This document shows positions 46,713 to 62,130 of a stretch of DNA of 64,000 nt, piece after piece. The stretch is taken from NCBI RefSeq assembly GCF_964204645.1, contig NC_134033.1, positions 950,131 to 1,014,130 on the forward strand. Reading direction: 5' to 3'. The notes beneath the pieces were generated by a model that was not told where the DNA came from, did not search any database, and was given only the letters and a program-made list of their open reading frames with translations. The position numbers and the translations under genes are program-made. The DNA is from Tubulanus polymorphus. Its lineage: Eukaryota; Animalia; Nemertea. Position 1 is the stretch's first letter. The number at the start of each line of letters is the position of its first letter.

Positions 46713-49700
46713 AGGGGATTGTATATCACCTGAACTTCTATGTTCCCCGTTGCAGATTGTAGATGCCGTCAGTAGTTTACAGTTTTACAGTTTTTAGTTC
46801 AAACAGATATTTATCCCATCAGCAGCAAAGTCATCACATAGTTAGTCCTCGTGGACATAAAGTTCACTATAACTGAAGTCAAGTTCTCCCAATATGTGTT
46901 CATTTGTTTGTTTATCCTCCTGGTGAGTTCTAACACTGCCCACACATATTTATCCAGTTCATCTGATGTAGTCCTGATCATCAAACACAAACGTCAACAA
47001 TTTCATCCTAATGATGACAAACATCCTAAAAGATATAAATGAAACTTAATAGATTTGAGGCGACCAATCAGTTATACACATTGTAAGAGTTAAGTAAAGT
47101 TACTGGTGTATCAGAGAAATGGCAATACAAGGTAGGCTACTCCCCCCAAAATAAGTGTCAGGGGTCAAATATTTTTTGTCTCCGATTTTGATGAAATTCA
47201 GTATAGACATGTATTCTTGGGTGCTGATCACAAATCTGAACAAATTTTTCGGATCTGAGGCCCAGAAAATGAGGAATTCGAATTTTTGGGGGGACCCCTA
47301 AATTTTCAAAAGGCCTTGGACCCCAGAGTTTTCGAGATATTCAAAATCTGATTACAGATTTGGAATCAGCACCCCTGAGAATATAAAGGACTAAAATTTC
47401 AAGCAAATCGAAGAGATTCGGTTTTTTGGCCAAAAATGGCAAAAATCTAAGGTGTTAGTCCAGGAGTTTTTTTTCGGCGAAAAATTTTTTTTCTCTGATT
47501 CCTTCTAGAATTGGTAGGAATATGTGTTCTGAGGTGTAGATTCCGGATCCGCAATCAGATTTTGAATCGAAATTCATCTTCATGGGCAAATAAGGGTTTT
47601 AATGCCCAAAATATGCACCCCAAAAATGGGGTACAAAGTCAAAATTTTTTTTTTGCCCAATTTTAATGAAACTTAGTGCAGACATGTTTTTTGGGGTGCT
47701 GATTACAAATATGATGTTAGATTTTGGATCCGAGGCAACTAAAATGAGATATTCAAGATTTCGTGTTTTGACCCCCTTAATTTCGTCACAAATTTTGATG
47801 AAATTTGCCTGGGAAATTGCCTGCTCTTTCTAAAAACCCTGTATTATAATTCCTGCAACACAATTACAGGCTGCTTCAAATAACCACATTGACAATTCTT
47901 ATGAAATGCAGTAAACAGTGTTTACAGATAAACTGCTTTCTCATAATTGTTTTGGAAACTTATAAGAAATTCTACTCACACACTCACTAGCCCTTGTCTA
48001 GCAGTAATGGTAGTCCACCGAGTTCCACAAATCCACATACAGAGTTCCACACCTCCTGGAGTCCACCACTGCCTGTTTTTCATGAGTATCAATCCACTTT
48101 AGTCCGGTTAGTTGACTAAATAGTCCAGTTAGTTCACAAATAGTCCGGTTAGTTGACTAGTAGTCCGGTTAGTTGACTAGAAGTCCGGTTAGTTGACTAG
48201 TAGTCCGGAAGAAGTTGACTGAAGAAGTAAAACTGTGATGAATTTCAGTTGAAGTCCACCACGTCCAGTATTCATGATGAAGTTTACACACGACAGCCTG
48301 ACAGAGGAAAACCTGAAATATAAAATTGAAATTACATTAACAGGAAGACTGACTGAGAGGTTGGGGGAGGATGGGGTGATGAGGTTGTGGGAGGATGGGG
48401 TGAGAGGTTGAGGGAGGATGGGTGAAAAGGGAAGCAAAACAGTACAATTACTCTGACAAAGTAAAGGCTGAGGCAAAGTTTTCAGCAGTTTTCAGCACGA
48501 CACTGTATTAACAGATTCTCGTTTTACACAAGAGCCCAGCCTGTGGCAGTGGGAGAAAGCTGGTGTAACTAACTGGTCGAGTCAGCTGGTCTTAACCTGC
48601 TGAACAAGATGTGGTGCCGGAGGAAGTTGAAGGTGAAACTATCGCCTGCACCATGTGCAATGCAAGCGGCTAGGGTAGTGCGGCCCGTGTAGGCTAGAAA
48701 GTGGTTATTGACACCGAGTGAGGTCCCTGATAGTCTAGTACCTAGCCGTCGTTCCCTAAACAACCCGGAACTCGTAGTAACAACGACTGACTGATTCAGA
48801 CTAAATTTGAGTAGGTCCCGGCCTCACTAGTCACTGACAGTGACTGTCGAAGTGTCTGCGAAGTCACTGGGTCTGGAGTGAGTGAGGTCCCCCTAAAGTG
48901 TGTGTACCTGAGGACATGAAAATAAAATATCATGAATGAATTCTTATCTTTTTTACCAATATCAAAATTCGTACATTTAGAATCAGCGCGGCTTTAAAGT
49001 CTTTATCAATTGAGGGAATAGTTCACTGTAAATAAAGAATTAGCGATTGAATTGAGCCCGCTCCACAGTAAAAATAGTGCGATCTAATCTTGACCATCTA
49101 GTGCTGCCCCTATGTATAACGATAGCGTGGAAAACGTGAACTAACATAATACTCGCTTGCCAGAGTCTTCGAACGGCAGGAGTGGACGAACTAATTACCG
49201 ATTTGCGGGCCGGATTCCGAGGAAAATTCTCAAACTCTGAAAACTGCTCTGAAACGTTCGAACCAAACAATTTTTCTATAAAAGAATGAGCTTTAAAAGA
49301 GTTAATTTGAATCAGGGTATTTCTAGTATGGTCTGGGAGAGCGATAGGTGTTTGTATGTTCCCTGTTTATTTGCGCGCAAATAGACTTTATCGAAGAAAA
49401 AATATGGACATTTTGTCAATTCTGATGATAAATTATCATTGAAAAATGAAAATGAATAATTTATTCAGTATACAAATACTATATTAATTGATAAGTAAGT
49501 GAATTTTAGCTAAAAAGAATTAAATATGTTACCTAAAAAATAAGGAAATATCATACAAAATTCAGAAAGTATTCAAAGTATCATATTTAATCAGAATTAG
49601 ACGACACACTGGTCCGTATTGTACGTAATGAGGACATTTAAATTCCGGCGGTAAATATGCGCTATTTTAGTTCGCAGAAATTCCGCTATCGTTATTCATA

Positions 49701-52700
49701 GGGGCAGCACTGTACGGTAAATATTTAACTCAGCCTCGCGATCTTACTGTGGCATGCGAGCAATACAGATATTTTTCTTAGCCGAATTTCGTTGATTATC
49801 TAATACGATTCCATTGTATATGAATAATTCTACTATCGTTTAAGGTTTTTCGAAGGGGATCATCTTTTTAAAACGAATTTTAAACCATTTTTGATAGAAC
49901 TCTTTTGTCTGCGGAATGTATTAGCATCCGGTAAAGCGGTAGGCTCACATGCCAAAGGAAGAACTTCAAGCAAATTAAACTTTATTCTCTAAAATAGTGC
50001 ATTCAACTACCACTAACACTGTAACCAGAAATAATGCTCGGAAACTATTAAAGAATAATGCTTAAGAGTAAATTTGAAGTCAAGTTCTCCCAATATTTGT
50101 TCGTTTGTTTGTTTATCCCCCCGGTGAGTTCTAACACTGCCCACACATATTTATCCAGTTCATCTGATCCTGATCATCAAACTCAAAAAGTCAATAATTC
50201 CATCCTAATGATGACAAACATCCTAAAAGATATAAAAGAAACTTAATAGATTTGATGCCACCAATCAGTTATACACAGTTAGAGTTAAGTCTAGTTACCG
50301 GTGTATCAGAGAAATGGCAATCTAAGGTAGGCTACTCCCAAAATGAGTGTCAGGGGTCAAATATTTTTTGTCTCCGATTTTGATGAAATTCCGTTCAGAC
50401 ATGTATTAAGGGGTGCTGATCGCAAATCTGAACGAATTTTCCGGATCCGAGGCAAAATATGCACCCCAAAAATGGGGTACAAAGTCAAAATTTTTTTTTG
50501 GCCCAATTTTAATGAAACTTAGTGCAGACATGTTTTTTTGGGGTGCTGATTACAAATATGGGGTTAGATTTTGGATCCGAGGCAACTAAAATGAGATATT
50601 CAGGATTTCGTGTATTGACCCCCTTAATTTCGTCACAAATTTTGATGAAATTTGCCTGGGAAATTCGGTCCAAAAAAGAATTTTATTCAATGATGTCAAA
50701 TATTCAATTAATTTTTAAGGTAGAAATTGATGCTCTTACTAAAACCCTGAATTATAATTCCTGCAACACAATTATAGGCTGCTTCAAATAACCACATTGA
50801 CAATTCTTATGAAATGCAGTAAACAGTGTTTACAGATAAACTGCTTTCTCATAATTGTTTTGGAAACTTATAAGAAATTCTACTCACACACTCACTAGCC
50901 CTTGTCGAGCAGTAATGGTAGTCCACCGAGTTCCACAAATCCACATACAGAGTTCCACACCTCCTGGAGTCCACCACAGCCTGTTTTTTATGAGTATCAA
51001 TCCGCTTTAGTCCGGTTAGTTGACTAAATAGTCCAGTTAGTTCACAAATAGTCTGGTAAGTTCACGTATAGTCCAGTTAGTTCACTAATAGTCCGGTTAG
51101 TTGACTAGTAGTCCGGAAGAAGTTGACTGAAGAAGTAAAACAGTGATGAATTTCAGTTGAAGTCCACCACGTCCAGTATTCATGATGAAGTTTACACACG
51201 ACAGCCCGACAGAGGAAAACCTGAAATATAAAATTGAAATTACATTAACAGGAAGACTGACTGAGAGGTTGGGGGAGGATGGGGTGATGAGGTTGTGGGA
51301 GGATGGGGTGAGAGGTTGAGGGAGGATGGGTGAAAAGGGAAGCAAAACAGTACAATTACTCTGACATAGTAAAGGCTCAGGCAAAGTTTTCAGCAGTTTT
51401 CAGCACGACACTGGATTAACAGATTCTCATTTTACACAAGAGCCCAGCCTGTGGCAGTGGGAGAAAGCTGGTGTAACTAACTGGTCGAGTCAGCTGGTCT
51501 TAACCTGCTGAACAAGATGTGGTGCCGGAGGAAGTTGAAGGTGAAACTATCGCCTGCACCATGTGCAATGCAAGCGGCTAGGGTAGTGCGGCCCGTGTAG
51601 GCTAGAAAGTGGTAATTGACACCGAGTGAGGTCCCTGTTAGTCTAGTACCTAGCCGTCGTTCCCTAAACAACCCGGAACTCGTAGTAACAACGACTGACT
51701 GATTCAGACTAAATTCGAGTAGGTCCCGGCCTCACTAGTCACTGACAGTGACTGTCGAAGTGTCTGCGAAGTCACTGGGTCTGGAGTGAGTGAGGTCCCC
51801 CTAAAGTGTGTGTACCTGAGGACATGAAAATAAAATATCATGAATGAATTCTTATCTTTTTTACCAATATCAAAATTCGTACATTTAGAATCACCGCGGC
51901 TTTAAAGTCTTTATCAATTGAAGGAATAGTTCACTGTGAATAAAGAATTAGCGATTGAATTGAGCCCGCTCCACAGTAAAAATAGTGCGATCTAATCTTG
52001 GCCATCTAGTGCTGCCCCTATGTATAACGATAGCGTGGAAAACGTGAACTAACATAATACTCGCTTGCCAGAGTCTTCGAACGGCAGGAGTGGACGAACT
52101 AATTACCGATTTGCGGGCCGGATTCCGAGGAAAATTCTCAAACTCTGAAAACTGCTCTGAAACGTTCGAACCAAACAATTTTTCTATAAAGGAATGAGCC
52201 TTAAAAGAGTTAATTTGAATCGGGGTATTTCTAGTATGGTCTGGGAGAGAGCGATAGGTGTTTGTATGTTCCCTGTTTATTTGCGCGCAAATAGACTTTA
52301 TGGAAGAAAAAATATGGACATTTTGTCAATTCTGATGATAAATTATCATTGAAAAATGAAAATGAATAATTTATTCAGTATACAAATACTATATTAATTG
52401 ATAAGTAAGTGAATTTTAGCTAAAAAGAATTAAATATGTTACCTAAAAAATAAGGAAATATCATACAAAATTCAGAAAGTATTCAAAGTATCATATTTAA
52501 TCAGAATTAGACGACACACTGGTCCGTATTGTACGTAATGAGGACATTTAAATTCCGGCGGTAAATATGCGCTATTTTAGTTCGCAGAAATTCCGCTATC
52601 GTTATTCATAGGGGCAGCACTGTACGGTAAATATTTAACTCAGCCTCGCGATCTTACTGTGGCATGCGAGCAGTACAGATATTTTTCTTAGCCGAATTTC

Positions 52701-55700
52701 GTTGATTATCTAATACGATTCCATTGTATATGAATAATTCTACTATCGTTTAAGGTTTTTCGAAGGGGATCATCTTTTTAAAACGAATTTTAAACCATTT
52801 TTGATAGAACTCTTTTGTCTGCGGAATGTATTAGCATCCGGTAAAGCGGTAGGCTCACATGCCAAAGGAAGAACTTCAAGCAAATTAAACTTTATTCTCT
52901 AAAATAGTGCATTCAACTACCACTAACACTGTAACCAGAAATAATGCTCGGAAACTATTAAAGAATAATGCTTAAGAGTAAATTTGAAGTCAAGTTCTCC
53001 CAATATTTGTTCGTTTGTTTGTTTATCCTCCCGGTGAGTTCTAACACTGCCCACACATATTTATCCAGTTCATCTGATCCTGATCATCAAACTCAAAAAG
53101 TCAATAATTCCATCCTAATGATGACAAACATCCTAAAAGATATAAAAGAAACTTAATAGATTTGATGTCACCAATCAGTTATACACAGTTAGAGTTAAGT
53201 CTAGTTACCGGTGTATCAGAGAAATGGCAATCTAAGGTAGGCTACTCCCAAAATGAGTGTCAGGGGTCAAATATTTTTTGTCTCCGATTTTGATGAAATT
53301 CCGTTCAGACATGTATTAAGGGGTGCTGATCGCAAATCTGAACGAATTTTCCGGATCCGAGGCAAAATATGCACCCCAAAAATGGGGTACAAAGTCAAAA
53401 TTTTTTTTTGGCCCAATTTTAATGAAACTTAGTGCAGACATGTTTTTTTGGGGTGCTGATTACAAATATGAGGTTAGATTTTGGATCCGAGGCAACTAAA
53501 ATGAGATATTCAGGATTTCGTGTATTGACCCCCTTAATTTCGTCACAAATTTTGATGAAATTTGCCTGGGAAATTCGGTCCAAAAAAGAATTTTATTCAA
53601 TGATGTCAAATATTCAATTAATTTTTAAGGTAGAAATTGATGCTCTTACTAAAACCCTGAATTATAATTCCTGCAACACAATTATAGGCTGCTTCAAATA
53701 ACCACATTGACAATTCTTATGAAATGCAGTAAACAGTGTTTACAGATAAACTGCTTTCTCATAATTGTTTTGGAAACTTATAAGAAATTCTACTCACACA
53801 CTCACTAGCCCTTGTCGAGCAGTAATGGTAGTCCACCGAGTTCCACAAATCCACATACAGAGTTCCACACCTCCTGGAGTCCACCACAGCCTGTTTTTTA
53901 TGAGTATCAATCCGCTTTAGTCCGGTTAGTTGACTAAATAGTCCAGTTAGTTCACAAATAGTCTGGTAAGTTCACGTATAGTCCAGTTAGTTCACTAATA
54001 GTCCAGTTAGTTGACTAGTAGTCCGGAAGAAGTTGACTGAAGAAGTAAAACAGTGATGAATTTCAGTTGAAGTCCACCACGTCCAGTATTCATGATGAAG
54101 TTTACACACGACAGCCCGACAGAGGAAAACCTGAAATATAAAATTGAAATTACATTAACAGGAAGACTGACTGAGAGGTTGGGGGAGGATGGGGTGATGA
54201 GGTTGTGGGAGGATGGGGTGAGAGGTTGAGGGAGGATGAAGTGAGAGGTTGGGGTGAGGTTGAGGGAGGATGGGGTGAGAGGTTGAGGGAGGATGGGGTG
54301 AGAGGTTGAGGGAGGATGGGGTGATGAGGTTGTGGGAGGATGGGGTGAGAGGTTGAGGGAGGATGGGTGAAAAGGGAAGCAAAACAGTACAATTACTCTG
54401 ACAAAGTAAAGGCTGAGGCAAAGTTTTCAGCAGTTTTCAGCACGACACTGGATTAACAGATTCTCGTTTTACACAAGAGCCCAGCCTGTGGCAGTGGGAG
54501 AAAGCTGGTGTAACTAACTGGTCGAGTCAGCTGGTCTTAACCTGCTGAACAAGATGTGGTGCCGGAGGAAGTTGAAGGTGAAACTATCGCCTGCACCATG
54601 TGCAATGCAAGCGGCTAGGGTAATGCGGCCCGTGTAGGCTAGAAAGTGGTTATTGACACCGAGTGAGGTCCCTGTTAGTCTAGTACCTAGCCGTCGTTCC
54701 CTAAACAACCCGGAACTCGTAGTAACAACGACTGACTGATTCAGACTAAATTTGAGTAGGTCCCGGCCTCACTAGTCACTGACAGTGACTGTCGAAGTGT
54801 CTGCGAAGTCACTGGGTCTGGAGTGAGTGAGGTCCCCCTAAAGTGTGTGTACCTGAGGACATGAAAATAAAATATCATGAATGAATTCTTATCTTTTTTA
54901 CCAATATCAAAATTCGTACATTTAGAATCATCGCGGCTTTAAAGTCTTTATCAATTGAAGGAATAGTTCACTGTGAATAAAGAATTAGCGATTGAATTGA
55001 GCCCGCTCCACAGTAAAAATAGTGCGATCTAATCTTGGCCATCTAGTGCTGCCCCTATGTATAACGATAGCGTGGAAAACGTGAACTAACATAATACTCG
55101 CTTGCCAGAGTCTTCGAACGGCAGGAGTGGACGAACTAATTACCGATTTGCGGGCCGGATTCCGAGGAAAATTCTCAAACTCTGAAAACTGCTCTGAAAC
55201 GTTCGAACCAAACAATTTTTCTATAAAGGAATGAGCCTTAAAAGAGTTAATTTGAATCGGGGTATTTCTAGTATGATCTGGGCGAGCGCGATAGGTGTTT
55301 GTATGTTCCCTGTTTATTTGCGCGCAAATAGACTTTATCGAAGAAAAAATATGGACATTTTGTCAATTCTGATGATAAATTATCATTAAAAAATGAAAAT
55401 GAATAATTTATTCAGTATACAAATACTATATTAATTGATAAGTAAGTGAATTTTAGCTAAAAAGAATTAAATATGTTACCTAAAAAATAAGGAAATATCA
55501 TACAAAATTCAGAAAGTATTCATAGTATCATATTTAATCAGAATTAGACGACACACTGGTCCGTATTGTACGTAATAAGGACATTTAAATTCCGGCGGTA
55601 AATATGCGCCACTATTTTAGTTCACAGAAATTCCGCTTTCGTTATTCATAGGGGCAGCACTGTACGGTAAATATTTAACTCAGCCTCGCGATCTTACTGT

Positions 55701-57534
55701 GGCATGCGAGCAATACAGATATTTTTCTTAGCCGAATTTCGTTGATTATCTAATACGATTCCATTGTATATGAATAATTCTACTATCGTTTAAGGTTTTT
55801 CGAAGGGGATCATCTTTTTAAAACGAATTTTAAACCATTTTTGATAGAACTCTTTTGTCTGCGGAATGTATTAGCATCCGGTAAAGCGGTAGGCTCACAT
55901 GCCAAAGGAAGAACTTCAAGCAAATTAAATTTTATTCTCTAAAATAGTGCATTCAACTACCACTAACACTGTAACCAGAAATAATGCTCGGAAACTATTA
56001 AAGAATAATGCTTAAGAGTAAATTTGAAGTCAAGTTCTCCCAATATTTGTTCGTTTGTTTGTTTATCCCCCCGGTGAGTTCTAACACTGCCCACACATAT
56101 TTATCCAGTTCATCTGATCCTGATCATCAAACTCAAAAAGTCAATAATTCCATCCTAATGATGACAAACATCCTAAAAGATATAAAAGAAACTTAATAGA
56201 TTTGATGCCACCAATCAGTTATACACAGTAAGAGTTAAGTCTAGTTACCGGTGTATCAGAGAAATGGCAATCTAAGGTAGGCTACTCCCAAAATGAGTGT
56301 CAGGGGTCAAATATTTTTTGTCTCCGATTTTGATGAAATTCCGTTCAGACATGTATTAAGGGGTGCTGATCGCAAATCTGAACGAATTTTCCGGATCCGA
56401 GGCCCAGAAAATGAGAAATTCGAATTTTTGGGGGGACCCCTAAATTTTCAAAAGGCCTTGGACCCCAGAGTTATCGAGATATACAAAATCTGATTGCAGA
56501 TTTAGAATCCGCACCCCTAAAAATATAAAGGACTAAAATATCAAGCAAATCGAAGAGATTCGATTTTTTGGCCAATAATGGCAAAAATCTAAGGTGTAAA
56601 GTCCAGGAGTTTTTTTTTCTCCGATTCCTTCAAAATTTTGTAGGAATATGTATTCTGAGGTGTAGATTACGGATCCGCAATCAGATTTTGAATCGGAATT
56701 CATCTTCATGAGCAAATAAGGGTTTTAATGCCCAAAATATGCACCCCAAAAATGGGGTACAAAGTCAAAATTTTTTTTTGGCCCAATTTTAATGAAACTT
56801 AGTGCAGACATGTTTTTTGGGGTGCTGATTACAAATATGAGGTTAGATTTTGGATCCGAGGTTCCTAAAATGAGATATTCAGGATTTCGTGTTTTGACCC
56901 CCTTAATTTCGTCACAACTTTTGATGAAATTCGCGAAATTCGGTCCTAAAACGATTTTTATTCAATTATGTCAAATATTCAATTAATTTTTAAGGTAGAA
57001 ATTGATGCTCTATCTAAAAACCCTGAATTATAATTCCTGCAACACAATTACAGGCTGCTTCAAATAACCCCATTGACAATTCTTATGAAATGCAGTAAAC
57101 AGTGTTTACAGATAAATTGCTTTCTCATAATTGTTTTGGAAACTTATAAGAAATTCTACTCACACACTCACTAGCCCTTGTCTAGCAGTAATGGTAGTCC
57201 ACCGAGTTCCACAAAAACCTCCTGGAGTCCACCATTGACTGTTTTTTATGAGTATCAATCCACTTATAGTCCGGTTAGTTGACTAAATAGTCCCGTTAGT
57301 TCACATATAGTCTGGTAAGTTCACGTATAGTCCAGTTAGTTCACTAATAGTCCGGTTAGTTGACTAGTAGTCCAGTTAGTTGACTAGTAGTCCGGAAGAA
57401 GTTGACTGAAGAAGTAAAACTGTGATGAATTTCAGTTGAAGTCCACGTCCAGTATTCATGATGAAGTTTACACACGACAGCCTGACAGGAAAACCTGAAA
57501 TATAAAATTGAAATCACATTAACAGGGCGACTGA

Positions 57535-58036
57535 CTGAGAGGTTGGGAGAGGATGGGGTGAGAGGTTTGGCGAGGAGGGGGTGATGAGGTTGGGGGAGGA
57601 TGGGGTGAGAGGTTGGGGAGGATGGGGTGAGAGGTGGGGGAGGTTGGGGTGAGGTTGAGGGAGAATGGGGTGAGAGGTTGAGGGAGGATGGGGTGATGAC
57701 GTTGGGGGAGGATGGGGTGAGAGGTTGGGGAAGGATGATGTGAGAGGTTGGGGAGGATGGGATGAGAGGTGGGGGCAGGATGGGATGAGGTTGGGGGAGG
57801 AGGGGGTGATGAGGTTGGAGACAATGGGGTGATGAGGTTGGGGGAGGACGGGGTGAGAGGTTGGGAAGGATGATGTGAGAGGTTGGGGGAGGATGGGATG
57901 AGAGGTTGGGGGAGGTTGGGGTGATGAGGTTGGGGGAGGATGGGATGAGAGGTGGGGGAGGTTGAGGTGAGGTTGAGGGAGGATGGGATGAGAGGTTGAG
58001 GGAGGATGGGGTGATGAGGTTGAGGGAGGATGGGTG
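57535..58036 (+). repeat. Expanded G-rich minisatellite (GAGGTTGGGGGAGGATGGGGTGA)n
   Basis: About 500 bp here versus ~200 bp (units 2, 5) and ~70 bp (units 1, 3, 4); it generates the spurious Pro/Ser/His ORFs. Confidence 0.9.
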
Positions 58037-61000
58037 AAAAGGGAAGCAAAACAGTACAATTACTCTGACAAAGTAAAGGCTGAGGCAAAAGTTTTCAGCA
58101 GTTTTCAGCACGGCACTGGATTAACAGATTCTCGTTTTACACATGAGCCCAGCCTGTGGCAGTGGGAGAAAGCTGGTGTAACTGGTCGAGTCAGCTGGTC
58201 TTAACCTGCTGAACAAGATGTGTTGGAAAAGAGGGACGAGGGAGTAACAGGAATTGTACGAACAGTTCATCAACAAGATTTGTGAAACTATCGCCTGCAC
58301 CATGTGCAATGCAAGCGGCTAGGGTAGTGCGGCCCGTGTAGGCTAGAAAGTGGTTATTGACACCGAGTGAGGTCCCTGTTAGCCTAGCACCTAGCCGTCG
58401 TTCCCCGAACAACCCGGAACCGGTAGTGTAACAAAGACCGACTGATTCAAAATAAATTTAGTAGGTCTCTCACCAGTGGCAGTGTCGTGACGACGTGTCT
58501 ATCTTGCGCCGAAGTCAACTGGAGTGAGGTCCCCCTGTGCGTCCCTGTGTGAGGATATGAAATATCATGAATTCTTGTCTTTTGACCCAATATCAAAATT
58601 TGTACATCTAAAATCATCGTGGCTTTAACGTCTTTATCAATTGAGTTCGAACTGTAAATAAAGATTTAGCGATTGAATTGAGCCCGCTCCACAGTAAAAA
58701 TTGCGCGATCAATTCAATCTCGACCGTCTAGTGCTGCCGCAATGTAAAAGGATAGCGTGGAAAACGTGAACTAACATAATACTCGCTTGCCAGAGCCTTC
58801 GAACAGCAGTAGTGGACGAACTAATTACCGATTTGCGGGCAGGATTCCGAGGAAAATTCTCAAATTCTGGAAACTGTTCTGAAACGTTTGAACCAAACAA
58901 TTTTTCTATAAAAGAATGAGCCTTAAAAGAGTAAACTTGAATCGGAATATTTCTAGTATGGTCGGTGAGAGAGCGACAGGTGTTTGTATGTTCCCTGATT
59001 ATTTGCGCGCAATTAGAATATATTGAAGAGAAAATATGTACATTTTGTCAATTCAGATGATAAATCATCATTCAAAAATGCAAATGAATAATCAATTCTG
59101 CATATGAATACTGTATTGATTGATAAGTAAGTGAATTTAAGCTAAAAAGAATTAAATATGTTACCTAAAAATTAAGGAAATATCATACAAAATTCATAAA
59201 GTATTCATAGTATCATATTTAATCAGAATTAGACGACACACTGGTCCGTATTGTACGTAATAAGGACATTAAAATTCCGGTGGTAAATATGCGCCACTAT
59301 TTTAGTTCACAGAAATTCCGCTTTTGTAATTTCTAGGGGCAGCACTGTACGGTAAATATCTGACTCAGCCTCGTTATCTTACTGTGGCATGCGAGTAATA
59401 AAGATATTTTTTTTAGCCGAATTTCATTCAATGTTTAATACGATTCCATTGCATATGAATAATTTTACTCTCGTTTTGGGTTTTTTGAAGGGGATCATCT
59501 TTTTAAAACGAACTTCAAACCATTTTTGATAGAACTCTTTTGTCTGCGGAATGTATTAGCATCCGGTAAAGCGATAGGCTCACATGCCAAAGGAAGAATT
59601 TCAAGCAAATTTAATTTTATTCTCAAAAATAGTGCATTCAACAACCACTCACACTGTAACCAGAAAAAAATGCTCTGAAACTATTAAAGAAACAATCTTC
59701 TATGAAAGAATTAGGCTTAAGAGTACATTTGAATCGGGGTATTTCTAGTATAGTCGGGGAGAGAGCGACAGGCGTTTTGACCCCAGTATCCTAGGTACTA
59801 TAAAAGTCTTTTTTAGACGATCACGATTCTAAACCTGATCCAAAAATCGGTCATCAAGTGAGCACAGACATTTATTGCTAACTATTTCATACATCTAACT
59901 ATTTTTTCTAATCTACCGAAACAACTGATCAGTATTTGCGTGTGTTGTGTTTGGTGTCATCGAGATGAACATTGAGTCTGTCGTCGGGTGGACCGAGGCC
60001 GAATATATTGAACAGGGCCGCGTAGAAAGCGATTGATGCCGGGATACTGTTCGTTTCGTCGGCTGGAAAATAACGAAGCTGACTCCCGTGATTTCTTACC
60101 GGCAAGTGCGGCGGTTAAATGGCACGAGCAAAGATAACTTCATTAAAAATACTCGGCTTGTTCACAATGCCGCTTCAAATTATGCCTTGAATGTGCCGAA
60201 ACCTGCCGAAACCTGCCGAACTGAGTGAGTCTGAGGAGATGAAAGAACTCTTTACCACAACGAACGGCAAAAAACCTCAGAGATTCTTTCTATTGTCCGC
60301 TTACCACGTCAGATAAGAAACGATCTAGCCCTGGCAAGCGAGGAAAAGGTCCCGTTTTGCTACGGCAAACGAGACAAGATTTTACACACATGTTAAATAT
60401 ATACGGATACAGAAAAAGAACGAAAATGAATACCAACTTACCACTCAGTTTGATGACACGAATCCCTAGAATGTTCTATTTGGTGACGCTTAGACCTCAG
60501 GGCCGTAGGAGGAGCGGGGAGTTTAGTCTTATCTTATTCCCATACGGAAAATCCCACATGTATTCATCTTGGTCAGTCAATATCATCCTGAATCTCTGCT
60601 AATTCAAACTGCACCACACGGTCCACACACGGTAGATATTCTCCCAAATCCCTTCGTGTCGTAAGGCAGTATATATAAGTTTAAGTTACCGTAAGAGGAG
60701 CGGGGAGTTTAGTGTAATGTATATAGGTTAATCGCGTCTGTCCCGGTCACGGTTCCATTGAGTCGTACGTGGCGGAATATGAAACTTCAATCTTCAAACG
60801 AATAGGCATGTTAATAAACATAAAATTAATGTTGAATCATAATTTCATTAAAGTATTCACCATGTTAAGACAATTCCTTGAAGGGTTTCATCTAGCAGAT
60901 TTCCACCAGCACCACAGTGGTCAAGATGGCGAAAAGGGAATAAAAATCAGGGCTATCCCGGGTTCGAATCCAATCTAGAACTCATGCCGATTCAGGGCCG

Positions 61001-61879
61001 GATATCCGATGTTCGAAGACCCTAATCACTCCGCTTATGCTGAACTGTAACAGTTATCTTCTGTCCAAAATGGAAAACAAAAACCCAAAACCAAATCTAA
61101 GATTTATGATAATATACCGTTTTTTATTTAGTATCAAAATTAAGAAAGATTTTTGATCGATTTTCTACAGTTGTCAACCGTAAAATATGTGTCTTTTTTA
61201 ACACTTGTTTACTTTAAAAATAGATGCTCACAATATTCGTCATCAAATGCGTACATTGTAAAAACCTTATCATCATCATCGCGATAATGATGCGAGATGA
61301 AACAAATCCGACATCATAAACAATACAAAGAATCAAATCTGCTTTTAACTTACCCCATCTTTTTTTCTTGAGACCCAACATTAAATTTCAGATATCAATT
61401 TATAGCAGCCCGGAGCCTGCCTCCCTCGGCCTCGGTCATGCAGCCCCTCAGACACTCAATACATTGCCGATTTCCTTCTTCAAATTTTTGATCGTCAAGA
61501 ATTCTCTCAAATAATTAGTTTGTAATTAAATAGACATCGCTCGAGATCAACTCGATGTTGGTTGAAATATTTTTTGTAACACTATTCATCAAGTCAGATA
61601 TCACACTACTCGACTAAGCAAATCTTTAGTTCAGAGGAAATTCCAAAAGATGACAATCTGTGAATCTATGGGCGCTGTCTGGATAAACAGGGGTGCCCTA
61701 GGTCCAACTCGTTTTACTGCTGCTGAGGTGTCCTAGGTTCGAACCCGGTTTACTGCTGGAGGGAGGTCCTAGTTTTCCATAAAACAAACGATGAAATCTT
61801 ATTTGTCCAGATGAATCTTTTATTCAATTCCGATAACCACAATTGATTTCCTAATTTGCATAATTGATACATATATTAA

Positions 61880-62130
61880 AAATATCAAGATTACATCAGA
61901 CTTGTTATTTAGATAATACAGACCTATCTATAGATTATACATAAACATATCTTAGATTACAGACTTAATAACTACATTACATAGACTTGATATGTAGATT
62001 ACTTAGACATCTTAGATTACATAGACTTGATATCTATAGATTAAATTACATAGACTTGATATGTAGATTAGATAGACATCTGTTATATTAAATAGAATTT
62101 ATATGTAGATTACATGTATTTGATTTGCAG
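61880..62130. repeat. Degenerate TAGATTACATAGACTTGA minisatellite
   Basis: Direct observation. Confidence 0.7.

Larger units (their letters stand above)
42014..59770. repeat. Tandem array of six ~2.9-3.3-kb units, apparently non-coding
   Basis: Units start (CCACCA...TGTTTTT) at 42014, 44924, 48063, 50971, 53881 and 57229. 42014-46045 matches 50971-55002 at offset 8957. The last unit is clearly more diverged. Confidence 0.95.

Noticed and set aside
57356-58111. Pro/Ser/His-rich ORFs of 181-251 aa and their shorter copies in other units
   Set aside because: Open in all three frames because the VNTR lacks stops; length tracks VNTR size.
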